Shown: positions 1 through 10,043 of the stretch, piece by piece
Position numbering within the stretch: the stretch's first letter is position 1
How the letters are laid out: each line of letters begins with the position of its first letter
Assembly: GCA_946496575.1 (NCBI GenBank)
Contig: CAMMHE010000004.1
Location: 2,661-66,660 of the forward strand
Direction of reading: 5' to 3'
DNA length: 64,000 nt
Source of the DNA: an uncultured Clostridium sp.
GTDB taxonomy: Bacteria > Bacillota > Clostridia > TANB77 > CAG-508
Position numbers and translations under genes: made by a program
The notes under the pieces: generated by a model
What the model saw: only the letters and a program-made list of their open reading frames with translations
The model's database searches: none
Told to the model about the DNA's origin: nothing

Positions 1-32
1 TCACCCGCTTTTTTACTCTTTGGTAATAAATA

Positions 33-200
33 TTATTATCTTTCTTCTTGATGTTTTCTTGCTCTTGCTAATCTATTTCTATCTGAAATTGGTTCTAATG
101 GAATATCAAATCGTGGATCGTCCCTTCCCCCACTCGCTAAAAATTTTTCTGGCATTAAAAGTCTTGGTCTTTTTCTTGTTTCCATATTTGATTGATTCAT
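33..200 (-). CDS. small hypothetical protein (55 aa), absent from the supplied ORF track
   Basis: ATG at 200 with AGGAGGG (complement of 211-217) 10 nt upstream, open to TAA at 33-35. Translation is MNQSNMETRKRPRLLMPEKFLASGGRDDPRFDIPLEPISDRNRLARARKHQEER. It lies directly downstream of the 222-779 gene on the same strand. No family recognised. Confidence 0.35.
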
Positions 201-221
201 AATGATAAATCCCTCCTAATA

Positions 222-779
222 TTACGATATAACTGGGTTTCCTCCCACTATTCTATAATCGTCTTTGTCTTGCCTTACTTCAAAGGCAAAATATGATTTA
301 TATGGCTTTAATCTACATTTACCCTTTACTTCATTGGTTTTTTCATCGAAATAAAGTACAGGTTTTACTTCTTCTGTAGTTTCTGGGTCAATTATTGCTA
401 TAGGTCTTTTTAAGTTTGGTGTATAATCAACATTTGTATATACTAATTCTTTTTCTGAATATATAGCTTTAAATTTAAATGGTGTTGGCTTTTTTAATAC
501 TTTGATCTGATTATCTTGCAAAATCCCATTATTTATTATTACCTTTTCTTTAGCAAAAGATAGTATAACTAATATTTCATCTTCTTTTAATTCTTTATCT
601 ATAAAAAATGTTTTCCTTTTGTTTTCGCCTCTTAATTCTTCTATGAAATCTAATCTTTCTAAAGTTAATTTAGGCGCATTTTTTGACATGCTCTTGTCTG
701 TTTTACTTACTTGATAAATTACTGTATTTACGTCTTTTGGATCTGTTATGCTGAATTGTTTTCCTTGCCACATCTCCAT
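222..779 (-). CDS. hypothetical protein, 185 aa
   Basis: Long intact ORF in AT-rich DNA with a GGGGTG-like SD upstream of the ATG. No motif recognised. Confidence 0.6.
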   Translation of the reverse strand: MEMWQGKQFSITDPKDVNTVIYQVSKTDKSMSKNAPKLTLERLDFIEELRGENKRKTFFIDKELKEDEILVILSFAKEKVIINNGILQDNQIKVLKKPTPFKFKAIYSEKELVYTNVDYTPNLKRPIAIIDPETTEEVKPVLYFDEKTNEVKGKCRLKPYKSYFAFEVRQDKDDYRIVGGNPVIS

Positions 780-963
780 TTTAATTTACACCCCATTTCT
801 ATGATTTAATCCATAGTTTGTCTTTTGTTTAAAACCTCATTTTCAATTATACTAGAAAATTACCTATTTGTCAATATATATCAGTCTTTTTGCTACATTA
901 TGTAAATTTGTTGTTGTTTTTAATTTTATATATTATATTAACAAATAAATATTAATTAGTATA

Positions 964-1857
964 TTACTTCATACTCCTTGGATTAAATTTTGATATTTCA
1001 TTTAATTTTTTATATATATTAATTTCTTCTTCAGTTGGTTCTTTTGGAACCATTATTTTTATTTCTGCTATTAAATCTCCTCTTGCTCCATTTCCTATTT
1101 TATAACCTTTTTTTGGTATAGTTATTGTTTCTCCTGATTGTATTCCTTGAGGTATATATACTTGACTATATTCATCTATAGAATTGATATTTGCCTTTGT
1201 TCCTAATGCTGCTTCTGAAGGAGTAATTAGCAAATCGGTATATAAATCATATCCCTGTAATTTAAATTTACTGCTGTTATCTATATTTACTTTTATCAAT
1301 AAATCTCCATTCTTGCCACCATTTACACCTTCCTTACCTTGACCTATTAATCTTATTTTCTCCCCATTTCGTATTCCTGCAGGTACAGTAACAGTAAATG
1401 TTTTCATTTTTCCTTCAATTGTTCTAAGTGAAATCTTTTTTTGTCTTCCATAAAATCCTTCTTCTATGGATATATTTATCTCTGTTTCTACATTCTCTCC
1501 TTTTATAGGATCTCTATTTTTTGTTACATCTTTTTGCTTTTCTTTTATACTTCCAAAAAACATATTAAAAAAGTCATTTAAAACTGAACCTGTACTTCTT
1601 TTGCTTTCTTGATATGCTTGATTTTTTTTAGAAACATTTGAATTCCATATTCTATCATATTTTCTTTTGCTTGCTGTATTAGAAAGTACTTTATATGCTT
1701 CATTTATATCTTTTATTCTTTCTTCCGCTAGCTTGTCTCCAATATTTACATCTGGATGATATTTTTTAGCTGCTAATCTATATGCGGTTCTTATTTGCTC
1801 TATTGTTACTTTATTTGTTTTTAAATCTAGTATTTTATAATAATCCTTAAAAATCAT
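964..1857 (-). CDS. J-domain co-chaperone, CbpA/DnaJ-like, without a zinc-finger region
   Basis: N-terminal J domain (DYYKILDL...AYRLAAKKYHPDV) and a DnaJ C-terminal beta domain (GKNGDLLIKVNI, GARGDLIAEIKI). Start moved to the internal ATG at 1857, which is preceded by GGGAGGA. Confidence 0.8.
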   Translation of the reverse strand: MIFKDYYKILDLKTNKVTIEQIRTAYRLAAKKYHPDVNIGDKLAEERIKDINEAYKVLSNTASKRKYDRIWNSNVSKKNQAYQESKRSTGSVLNDFFNMFFGSIKEKQKDVTKNRDPIKGENVETEINISIEEGFYGRQKKISLRTIEGKMKTFTVTVPAGIRNGEKIRLIGQGKEGVNGGKNGDLLIKVNIDNSSKFKLQGYDLYTDLLITPSEAALGTKANINSIDEYSQVYIPQGIQSGETITIPKKGYKIGNGARGDLIAEIKIMVPKEPTEEEINIYKKLNEISKFNPRSMK

Positions 1858-1939
1858 TTGACATCCTCCCAATAAATGGTAGAGATATTATATCAAGTAT
1901 TAAAAAAAAAATCCATAGTTTTATGGATTTTTTAATTAT

Positions 1940-2269
1940 TTATTTTTCTTGATTAAAATACATTATTAAATGCTCTATTGTATCTTTATTATTTTTATCT
2001 AATATGTCAAATCCACTTAAGGAATAATTTAATGTCTTATTTTCTTTTACATTTAAATACTCACTAAAAATATCATCCAAACCAATTTTAAAAACATTAC
2101 ATATTTTAATTAAATTTTCATAAGATGGTTTAGATTTATTTTGTTCTACATCACTTATATATCTTGCTGAACAATCTATTGCTTCTGCTAGTCTTTCTTG
2201 TGTATAGCCATAACTTTTTCTTAACTTTTGTATATTTTTTCCTATTTTTATATTACTTGGTTTCTTCAT
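1940..2269 (-). CDS. XRE-family helix-turn-helix transcriptional regulator
   Basis: IGKNIQKLRKSYGYTQERLAEAIDCSARYISDVEQNKSKPS is a classic Cro/C1 HTH. Confidence 0.85.
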   Translation of the reverse strand: MKKPSNIKIGKNIQKLRKSYGYTQERLAEAIDCSARYISDVEQNKSKPSYENLIKICNVFKIGLDDIFSEYLNVKENKTLNYSLSGFDILDKNNKDTIEHLIMYFNQEK

Positions 2270-2438
2270 TTATACCACTTTCTCTTGTTTTTTTGTATAT
2301 ATTATCAAAGTTTATTAAATGTATAAATGAATTTATACTGTAGTATATACGTTGTTATTTCATATTATTTACTTTTTGTATTTTTTTATTCTTATTTTAT
2401 CACGAATTATACATTATTAGATTATTAACAAATTTATT

Positions 2439-3854
2439 TTATTTTTTTAATTTATTTATTAATTTATTTGCTATTTCAAAAAATTTCATTCCATTTGATG
2501 CTTTGATTAAAATAATATCTCCTTTTTTCATTTCTTTCTCTATTCTTTCAAAAATTTTCTTATTATTTTCCTCATAAAATATTTGTTGTGAAGGCATCCC
2601 TAATTCTTTTGCTCTTTCTGCAATATACTTTGCATTTTCTCCACTACAGATTAAGATATCAATTTTGCAAAGAACTAGTTCCTCTCCCACTTTTTCGTGC
2701 AATTGTTTTGTAAATTCTCCTAATTCTAACATATCCCCTAAAACTGCTATTTTTCTTTTTTTATTTAATGTAGTTATATAATTTAAAGAAGCCTTTATTG
2801 ATTCATAGCTTGCATTATAAGTATCATTTATTAATGTTATATCATCTTTTAATTCAATTACTTCCATTCTTTTTTTGGTAAGCTCAAAATTTTTTATTCC
2901 ATTAATTATCTGTGCATTTGAAATTTTTAATTTTTTTCCTACTGCAACTGCACATATTGCATTATAAATGAAATGTTCTCCCCCCACTGGGATTTCAATT
3001 TCTACTTTTTCTTTGTCATTTATATTACAAACAAACGAGCTATTATTTTCATTTATTTTAATTTCCTCTGCTGTTATATAGCTTTTATTATTTATTCCAT
3101 ATGTAATTATTTCGTATTTGTCATTATTTTTTTGAAACCAATCATGCAATAAATCATTATCATTGTTAATTACTACTACCTTTTCGTTCATTCCTTCTAA
3201 AATTTCTAGTTTAGCTTTTAATATATTCTCTCTTGACCCTAAATTTCCTATATGTGATGTTCCGATATTTGTTATAACTGATATAGTTGGTCTAGCAATA
3301 TTTGTAAGCTTTTTAATTTCGCCAGAATGATTCATCCCCATTTCTATTACAGCCACTTCTTCATCATTAAGTCTTAATATTGTTTGTGGTAATCCTATAT
3401 GATTATTATTATTTCCTTCTGTTTTTAATGTTTTATATTTTTGAGATGTTACACTTGCTATAATGTCTTTAGTACTTGTTTTTCCAACACTCCCCGTAAC
3501 GCCTATTACTTGTATATTATACATTTGTCTTTTATATGTAGCAATTTGTCCTAATGCTTTTAATGTATCTTTAACTTTTATTAATACTTTTCCTTTTAAG
3601 TCATATTCTTCTAAATCTTTATCTTCTAATTTTATATCCTCGATTATTGCCACTACAGCTCCTTTATCAAATGCCTCTTTCCATAAATCACTTCCATTAA
3701 TTTTTTCGCCTTTTAATCCTATGTAAATATCTCCTTGCTTTATTTTTCTTGTGTCTGTTATAAAATTTTTACATTCCTGATCTTTTTTACCTATTATTAG
3801 TTTTCCTTGTGTAATTATTAATATATCTTTTACAAATATTTTTTTAGTTTCCAT
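2439..3854 (-). CDS. murF: UDP-N-acetylmuramoyl-tripeptide--D-alanyl-D-alanine ligase
   Basis: Mur ligase P-loop GVTGSVGKTSTKD, MurF-type N-terminus (ITDTRKIKQGDIYIGLKGEKINGSD) and C-terminal LGDMLELG. Confidence 0.9.
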   Translation of the reverse strand: METKKIFVKDILIITQGKLIIGKKDQECKNFITDTRKIKQGDIYIGLKGEKINGSDLWKEAFDKGAVVAIIEDIKLEDKDLEEYDLKGKVLIKVKDTLKALGQIATYKRQMYNIQVIGVTGSVGKTSTKDIIASVTSQKYKTLKTEGNNNNHIGLPQTILRLNDEEVAVIEMGMNHSGEIKKLTNIARPTISVITNIGTSHIGNLGSRENILKAKLEILEGMNEKVVVINNDNDLLHDWFQKNNDKYEIITYGINNKSYITAEEIKINENNSSFVCNINDKEKVEIEIPVGGEHFIYNAICAVAVGKKLKISNAQIINGIKNFELTKKRMEVIELKDDITLINDTYNASYESIKASLNYITTLNKKRKIAVLGDMLELGEFTKQLHEKVGEELVLCKIDILICSGENAKYIAERAKELGMPSQQIFYEENNKKIFERIEKEMKKGDIILIKASNGMKFFEIANKLINKLKK

Positions 3855-3920
3855 TTTTATTTTCCTTTCTTCTGAATTATATTATAATACATATTTTATT
3901 TCAACTATTTTTATTAATAT

Positions 3921-3966
3921 AAAAGTTCTATAATTATAGATTTTAATTTATAATTATAGAACTTTT
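3921..3966 (-). terminator. perfect 18-nt-arm hairpin downstream of the SASP gene
   Basis: The arm aaaagttctataattata (3921-3938) pairs with tataattatagaactttt (3949-3966) across a 10-nt loop. Confidence 0.6.
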
Positions 3967-3995
3967 AGCTAAATTCGTTAAAAATATATTTGTAA

Positions 3996-4169
3996 TTATT
4001 CTACAGATCTATTTGCTATTTCAATGGCTTTAGTAACTATATTACCACATGTTTTTGAGGAAACATTTTTCCAACTTCCACCATCAGCTTTTACTTGATC
4101 ATATACGCCTAACTCTTTTGCTATTTCTGTTCTGAGATTTTCAGATATTAATTTACTATTTCTAGACAT
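3996..4169 (-). CDS. alpha/beta-type small acid-soluble spore protein
   Basis: MSRNSKLISENLRTEIAKELGV...KTCGNIVTKAIEIA matches the SASP alpha/beta signature. The ATG at 4169 is preceded by GGGAGGGGGA. Confidence 0.8.
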   Translation of the reverse strand: MSRNSKLISENLRTEIAKELGVYDQVKADGGSWKNVSSKTCGNIVTKAIEIANRSVE

Positions 4170-4264
4170 TAGTATCCCCCTCCCAATCATATTATGTGCA
4201 GAAATTATTTTAATATTTATTTATTCTTTTGGTAAAGTAAACATTTTTAGCCAAATTAATACTT

Positions 4265-5623
4265 TTATTCTGTAAGTGTTCCATTTCCTGTATTAGTTAT
4301 TACTAATGTATCAGTTTCCTCACCAGTTTCTACATTTACATAAGTTAAAAATTCTATTTCGTCTATTTTTCCTTGAAATTCATAACAAAATATTTCTGTA
4401 TTCCATTCTGTTGGTATTATAGCCAATCTTTGATTTGTAATTTGAATATTTTTATTTAGTTTATTTTTGGCTTCTTCTATTGATATTTTAGGTTCTACTA
4501 ATTTTCTTTCATAATGATTATTTAAATATCCTGTTGTCTCTATTCCTAAAATTTCACCATTATCTAATGCTATTTTTACTTTAATTAAATCTGGATAAAC
4601 TATTACACTACTATTATTATATTTTTGTTCATATGCAAAGTTGATTGTTGAAGCTCCACCTTCTTTGATATAGTAAGTTGACTTCATATTTGGAAATCCT
4701 TTATTTTCTAAAAATTGTCTTGCCTTTTCTTTTGCTTCTTCATCAGATATTACTTCTGCATTAATTTCTCTATCTGAATTCATTGATATAATTTTTCCAC
4801 CTATTTTTGAAACTGAAATATTAATGTTTTCATCTTTTGCTCCTTTTATACCAAAAGTATAAGCTTGCAAATCTCCATTTTCTGATAATCCATAGCTCGT
4901 TAGTTCTTTTATATTATCTTTTCCTAAAAATTCTTCGACTTTTTGTTTTGCCTTTTCTTCATCTACTTCTTCGCCTTGCAATCCCTTTTTTTCTGTATTA
5001 GTTAAATGTTCTGAAAAAGCTCCATCATAAATTAGTCCAGAATATTCATGAAAATTTTCTTCTAGAGCTGAAAAACTATCTTGTGATATATTACTTACTT
5101 GTTGAGCAAATAATACATTACTATCTTTTTTCAGTTCATCCCATTTTATTCTTCCAGTATTTATATCTTCTGATAATTGATTTAATACATTTGATAAATC
5201 AACACTATATGTGTATAAATCTTTTAAGTTATTTAGATCATCTTCTGATAAATTCTCATTATTTATATTCTTTCTAGACAATGTATAACTATATTCACTT
5301 ACTTGATTTAAAAATTTTTCTGTATTTGCCAATTCTTGACTCTCCATTGGTAACATACCTAAATAAGTTTGAGCTAAATTTGCTTCTCTCCATACATGAG
5401 TTAATGTATCTGCTCCATGTTTGTCATCTGTTGTAATAAGTGATTTTGCAAGATAAGTTTTGACATTTTGTACATAATCTACTAATTCATAAAATGCCAT
5501 ATTATAACTGTTTTCTGTTGATACTTTAAAAGCTCTTTGTTTTTCGTATAAATTATATCCTAATATTAAAGATATAATTATTAGAGTCGAAATTACCAAA
5601 ACTAAAATATTTTTCATTTTCAT
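4265..5623 (-). CDS. ypeB: germination protein YpeB-like (N-terminal membrane anchor, PepSY-type repeats)
   Basis: TM anchor, N-terminal region NSYNMAFYELVDYVQNVKTYLAKS...THVWREANLAQTYLGMLP as in YpeB, and repeated PepSY-like segments (EEAKEKARQFLENKGF, EEAKNKLNKN). Confidence 0.6.
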   Translation of the reverse strand: MKMKNILVLVISTLIIISLILGYNLYEKQRAFKVSTENSYNMAFYELVDYVQNVKTYLAKSLITTDDKHGADTLTHVWREANLAQTYLGMLPMESQELANTEKFLNQVSEYSYTLSRKNINNENLSEDDLNNLKDLYTYSVDLSNVLNQLSEDINTGRIKWDELKKDSNVLFAQQVSNISQDSFSALEENFHEYSGLIYDGAFSEHLTNTEKKGLQGEEVDEEKAKQKVEEFLGKDNIKELTSYGLSENGDLQAYTFGIKGAKDENINISVSKIGGKIISMNSDREINAEVISDEEAKEKARQFLENKGFPNMKSTYYIKEGGASTINFAYEQKYNNSSVIVYPDLIKVKIALDNGEILGIETTGYLNNHYERKLVEPKISIEEAKNKLNKNIQITNQRLAIIPTEWNTEIFCYEFQGKIDEIEFLTYVNVETGEETDTLVITNTGNGTLTE

Positions 5624-5799
5624 AGCTAATCTCCTTTTATAGGCTACAATATTTCTAACCTTTAAATATTTATTTTTTATTTTCTTTTATTTTGTTATTT
5701 TTTTGAAGATTTTATACAACTTTTACAATTTTTATGGTAAAATTAATTAAATTTATTTTTTATATTAAATTTTTGCAAAAAGTGAAAGAGGTTATTAAA

Positions 5800-6924
5800 A
5801 TGAAAAAAATTATAATATTTTATGCTTCATATGGTGGTGGGCATTTATCTGCTGCTCGCTCAATTAAGGAATGTATAGATAATAATTATGATAGTTTTGA
5901 TTCAGAATTAATAGATTGTGTTAAATACATTAATAAGGCTTTAGATATTGTAACTACTACTGCTTATTCCGAGATGGCAAAAAAAGTTCCAAATGCATGG
6001 GGACATATTTATAAACAATCTGAAAAAGGTCCTCTTGCCAAAATTAGTTCTGCTTCAAATAAAATAATGGCAATTAAATTAAATAAATTATTACAAGAAA
6101 AACAACCAGATCTGATTATTTGCACACATCCATTTGCAAGTCAAATGTGTAGTTATTTAAAAAAGAAAGAAAAATTAAATGTTAAAATTGCTACAATTTT
6201 AACTGATTTTGCAATTCACAATCAATGGATTGTTGGTCATGAATATATTGATTATTTTTTTGTTTCACATTTAGGAATGAAAGAAGCCCTAATAAAAGAA
6301 GGCATTTCTAATGATAAGATATATGCCACAGGTATACCATTATCTAACAAGTTTTTATTAAAATATGACAAATCTGAAATATTAAAAAGTTTTGGTTTAT
6401 CACCAAATAAAAAAACAGTATTATTTTTCGGTGGTGGAGAATTTGGACTAGGTAAATCTCAAACATTTAATATTTTTAAATCCTTTGTTTTAAATAATAA
6501 TAATATTCAAATTGTAGCTATATCTGGTAAAAATGGTAAAATGAAAGAAGATTTTGAAAATTTTGTTGAAGAAAATCATAAGGAAAATTCTGTTAAGATT
6601 TTATCATATACTGATAAGGTTGCACAGTTGATGAGTATATCTGATTTAGTTGTTACTAAACCTGGTGGTCTTACTACTACAGAAAGTTTAGCTTCTGGGC
6701 TTCCTATTGTTGTAATAAACCCTATTCCAGGACAAGAAGAAGAAAATGCTGAATTTTTAGAACAAAATGAAGTTGCCATTTGGATAAAAAAAGGAGATAA
6801 TGTCGAAGAAATTTTAAATAAATTATTTTCTGATCCTGATAAAATGCAAAAAATGAAAATTAGAGCAAGACTAATGGCTAAAAGAAACTCTACAAAAGAT
6901 ATTTGTGATATATTATTAAATTAG
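5800..6924 (+). CDS. MGDG-synthase/UgtP-like diacylglycerol glycosyltransferase (GT28 family)
   Basis: N-terminal YASYGGGHLSAARSIKE and C-terminal TKPGGLTTTESLASGLPIV...PGQEEENAEFL motifs. Confidence 0.8.
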   Translation: MKKIIIFYASYGGGHLSAARSIKECIDNNYDSFDSELIDCVKYINKALDIVTTTAYSEMAKKVPNAWGHIYKQSEKGPLAKISSASNKIMAIKLNKLLQEKQPDLIICTHPFASQMCSYLKKKEKLNVKIATILTDFAIHNQWIVGHEYIDYFFVSHLGMKEALIKEGISNDKIYATGIPLSNKFLLKYDKSEILKSFGLSPNKKTVLFFGGGEFGLGKSQTFNIFKSFVLNNNNIQIVAISGKNGKMKEDFENFVEENHKENSVKILSYTDKVAQLMSISDLVVTKPGGLTTTESLASGLPIVVINPIPGQEEENAEFLEQNEVAIWIKKGDNVEEILNKLFSDPDKMQKMKIRARLMAKRNSTKDICDILLN

Positions 6925-7021
6925 TGCTAATTTTTTATTAATTATTGCACAAAATAAAAACATCTCATAATATAATAATATTAAAGATGTTTTTTATTTT
7001 GATGTAATCTTGGAGGTTTTT

Positions 7022-7213
7022 ATGTCTTCTAAAAATAATTGCTCTTGTGCAGGTTTTGATCTAGTTGGTCTTTCTAGTTCTCTTGCATTTCTAATTAGTA
7101 ATAATTTCGATTCTGAAGATTTAGGAATTTTAGCAGCTTTTATTACAAGTCTTGGTGATAATTTAGCTCTTATAGCTGCTTCTAAAGCTTCATGTGAATC
7201 TAAAAATAAGTAA
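7022..7213 (+). CDS. small Cys-containing hypothetical protein (63 aa)
   Basis: ATG at 7022 with GGAGG 6 nt upstream. Translation is MSSKNNCSCAGFDLVGLSSSLAFLISNNFDSEDLGILAAFITSLGDNLALIAASKASCESKNK. Convergent with recR. Confidence 0.5.
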   Translation: MSSKNNCSCAGFDLVGLSSSLAFLISNNFDSEDLGILAAFITSLGDNLALIAASKASCESKNK

Positions 7214-7219
7214 AACCTT

Positions 7220-7819
7220 TTATAATTCTCTTCTTCCTTCTAGTGCTTTCATAAGAGTAATTTCATCTGTATATTCTATATCTCCTCCAACTGGAATTCC
7301 ATGTGCTATTCTAGTAGTTTTAATTCCTAGTGGCTTTATTAGTTTTGATAAATACATTGCTGTTGCCTCACCTTCTACTCTTGGATTTGTCGCTAAAATT
7401 ACTTCTTTAACAGTTCCATCCATCAGGCGTGCTAATAATTCTTTTATCTTAATATCTTCTGGTCCAACTCCATTCATTGGTGAGATTGAACCATGTAATA
7501 CATGATATGTGCCTTTAAATTCATGTGTTTTTTCCATTGCAATAATATCTCTAACATCTTCTACTACACAAATAATACTTTTGTCTCTTTTTGAATTTGC
7601 ACAAATTGGACATGGATCTGTATCAGATATATTGTAACATTTAGAACAATATTTCAGATTTTTTTTTGCATTTAATATTGATGTTACAAATTCATTTGTT
7701 TCCTCTTCTGAACTGTTTAATATATAAAAAGCAAGTCTAGCAGCAGTCTTACTTCCTATGCTAGGTAACTTTTCAAAACTTTCTATCAATTTTTCTATTG
7801 ATGGTGAATATAATGACAT
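7220..7819 (-). CDS. recR: recombination protein RecR
   Basis: HhH N-terminus ([14 protein letters not shown]), C4 zinc finger ([16 protein letters not shown]) and Toprim domain. Confidence 0.95.
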   Translation of the reverse strand: MSLYSPSIEKLIESFEKLPSIGSKTAARLAFYILNSSEEETNEFVTSILNAKKNLKYCSKCYNISDTDPCPICANSKRDKSIICVVEDVRDIIAMEKTHEFKGTYHVLHGSISPMNGVGPEDIKIKELLARLMDGTVKEVILATNPRVEGEATAMYLSKLIKPLGIKTTRIAHGIPVGGDIEYTDEITLMKALEGRREL

Positions 7820-7843
7820 TTCGTACTCCTCATATTATATTTA

Positions 7844-8188
7844 TTACATAATTCCAGGTATATTGAATTTTCCCATTGAAGCTGTTTGTGCACTATCCAC
7901 TTTTTTTAGTGCATCATTTACACATGTAAGTATCAAATCTTCAAGCATTTCTACATCTTCTGGATCTACTACTTCTGGTTTTAGTTTAATTTCTTTTATT
8001 ATTTTTTCTCCTGTAACTTTTACACTTACTGCTCCTCCGCCAGCAGTACTTTCAAATTCCTTTAATGCAAGTTCTGCCTGTGACTTTTCTAAATCTGCTT
8101 GCATTTTTTTAGCTTCTTTCATTAAATTATTGATGTTCATTCCACCAAATCCTCCCATTCCTCCTGGGAATCCACCTCTTTTTGACAT
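7844..8188 (-). CDS. ybaB: nucleoid-associated protein YbaB/EbfC
   Basis: NINNLMKEAKKMQADLEKSQAELALKEFESTAGGGAVSVKVTGEK. Conserved dnaX-ybaB-recR order. Internal ATG at 8188 chosen so that it does not overlap dnaX. Confidence 0.9.
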   Translation of the reverse strand: MSKRGGFPGGMGGFGGMNINNLMKEAKKMQADLEKSQAELALKEFESTAGGGAVSVKVTGEKIIKEIKLKPEVVDPEDVEMLEDLILTCVNDALKKVDSAQTASMGKFNIPGIM

Positions 8189-8210
8189 ATTAATCATCCT
8201 TTCTTTTTTA

Positions 8211-9824
8211 TTAAGTAATACTAAATGGTATTCCATTTCCAGTAGCAAAATTTGATATTTCTGTATCATTTGTAACTGTTTCATCGGTTTGTGGTACTAT
8301 ATATTTTATTTGCATTTTTTTACCACATGCATCTGATACTAATTCTGATATTTCTTTTATACTATCTTGTTTTTCTAATACTGTTTTTGCAAAAGGAGTT
8401 AATGCTTTTGCAAATTCTATTCCTATAGTTTCTTCATTTATTTCTCTTGCTTTAGTATTCATTAAATTTGTATAAAGCATTATTTTTCCGTTGTTTTTTA
8501 AATCATTTACTATTTGTGGCCAATATTCTTGAGTTTTTCCTAAAGGAATTTTAGTTGATGCTTTTATTGTATTTTTACCTGAACTATCCACATTCTTTAA
8601 GCTTGTTGTGGATATTCCTCCTGTTTTCTCTGCCACAGAAGTATTTGATAAAATATATTTTTCTAGTTTTGAAAGCCTTTGTTGTAAGTCATAATCCATA
8701 TTATTCACATTATCTATATTAGAACTTGAAACATTATTATTTGAGTTATTTTCACTGCATAATTTTATAATTCCTGCTTCAAAAATAATTATTTTTTGAG
8801 TTGAATTTTTCATATCATTTTCTAAATTAGATAATTCATAAATTAATTTAATTGCTCTTTCCTTTGAGATTTTTCCTGCTATTTCTTTTATTTTATTTAT
8901 TTCTTCATCACTATATAATTCTAATTTTCCATTTGACTTAAATACTAATATGTCTTTAATATATTTTATAATTTCCCATATTAAATTATTTAAGTCTTTT
9001 CCTTCTTCTAAAATAATATTAATGGTTTCTAATACTTTATCTATATCATATTCTATAATAGCTTTTACAATACTATTAATATATGTTGTTTTTGGTATTC
9101 CTACTAAATTTTTTATTCTATCTTCATCAATATTATTTTCTCCGTCTTGAATACATCTTTCTAATATAGATAATGCATCTCTCATTGCTCCTTCTGATAA
9201 ACTTGCAATTATTTCTAATGCTCCTTTTGTTATATCTATATCACTTTTTTCACAAATTATTTCTAGTCTTTTTACTATATCCTGATTTGAAATTCTTTTA
9301 AAATCAAATCTTTGGCATCTAGATAAAATTGTTGCAGGTAATTTTTGTGGTTCTGTTGTTGCTAATATAAATTTCACGTGTTCTGGAGGTTCTTCTAATG
9401 TTTTAAGCAGTGCATTGAATGCTCCAGTTGATAACATATGAACTTCATCTATTATATATACTCTATATTTAGCTTTAGTTGGTAGAAAATTCACTTCTTC
9501 TCTTATATTTCTAATATCTTCTACACTATTATTTGATGCTGCATCCATTTCCACAATGTCTGTTAATGATCCATTTATTGCTCCTTTACAAATTTCACAT
9601 TGATTACATGGTTCTCCATCTTTAGGATTCAGACAATTCACAGCTCTTGCTAATATTTTAGCAGCAGAAGTTTTGCCAGTTCCTCTTCCCCCATTAAATA
9701 AATAAGCATGACCTACTCTTCCTACTATTATCTGATTTTTTAATGTTTTTGTTATAGCTTCTTGCCCAACCATTTCTTCAAATGTCATTGGTCTGAATTT
9801 TCTATAAAGTGCTGTGTACCCCAT
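8211..9824 (-). CDS. dnaX: DNA polymerase III subunit gamma/tau
   Basis: AAA+ Walker A GGRGTGKTSAAK, zinc module CLNPKDGEPCNQCEIC, and SRC motif ILSRCQRFDF. Confidence 0.95.
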   Translation of the reverse strand: MGYTALYRKFRPMTFEEMVGQEAITKTLKNQIIVGRVGHAYLFNGGRGTGKTSAAKILARAVNCLNPKDGEPCNQCEICKGAINGSLTDIVEMDAASNNSVEDIRNIREEVNFLPTKAKYRVYIIDEVHMLSTGAFNALLKTLEEPPEHVKFILATTEPQKLPATILSRCQRFDFKRISNQDIVKRLEIICEKSDIDITKGALEIIASLSEGAMRDALSILERCIQDGENNIDEDRIKNLVGIPKTTYINSIVKAIIEYDIDKVLETINIILEEGKDLNNLIWEIIKYIKDILVFKSNGKLELYSDEEINKIKEIAGKISKERAIKLIYELSNLENDMKNSTQKIIIFEAGIIKLCSENNSNNNVSSSNIDNVNNMDYDLQQRLSKLEKYILSNTSVAEKTGGISTTSLKNVDSSGKNTIKASTKIPLGKTQEYWPQIVNDLKNNGKIMLYTNLMNTKAREINEETIGIEFAKALTPFAKTVLEKQDSIKEISELVSDACGKKMQIKYIVPQTDETVTNDTEISNFATGNGIPFSIT

Positions 9825-9854
9825 ATTTTCACATCCTTTATATCAATTTTAAAA

Positions 9855-9993
9855 AATGGTGTGAATTCTAATCTTTCTATGGAAAGCACGTCCACACAAA
9901 AGTATCTATTTATTGCTGCTTCCTCCCGGACCTGACAAGGTTCATAGGCTTTTGTTGGCTTGCCCTCCATACAAAGATTAGCTTCATACCATT
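9855..9993 (-). ncRNA. ffs: signal recognition particle RNA, small single-hairpin form
   Basis: The minus strand carries the conserved domain IV core GTCAGGTCCGGGAGGAAGCAGC. The 5' arm AATGGTATGAAGCTAATCTTTGTATGGAGGGCA pairs with the 3' arm TGCTTTCCATAGAAAGATTAGAATTCACACCATT, followed by a U-run. It sits upstream of dnaX, as in Bacillus. Confidence 0.8.
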
Positions 9994-10043
9994 TGTATTA
10001 TATACTCTATTCTTTTTTTTGACAAGTATATTTTATATTAAAT

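Noticed and set aside
7194-8255. Plus-strand ORFs 7194-7505 and 7758-8255
   Set aside because: They are antisense to recR and ybaB, both of which have unambiguous motifs. These are shadow ORFs.
9785-9970. 61-aa minus-strand ORF upstream of dnaX
   Set aside because: The region is better explained as the SRP RNA gene (conserved domain IV sequence plus a long hairpin). The ORF also overlaps the dnaX start.
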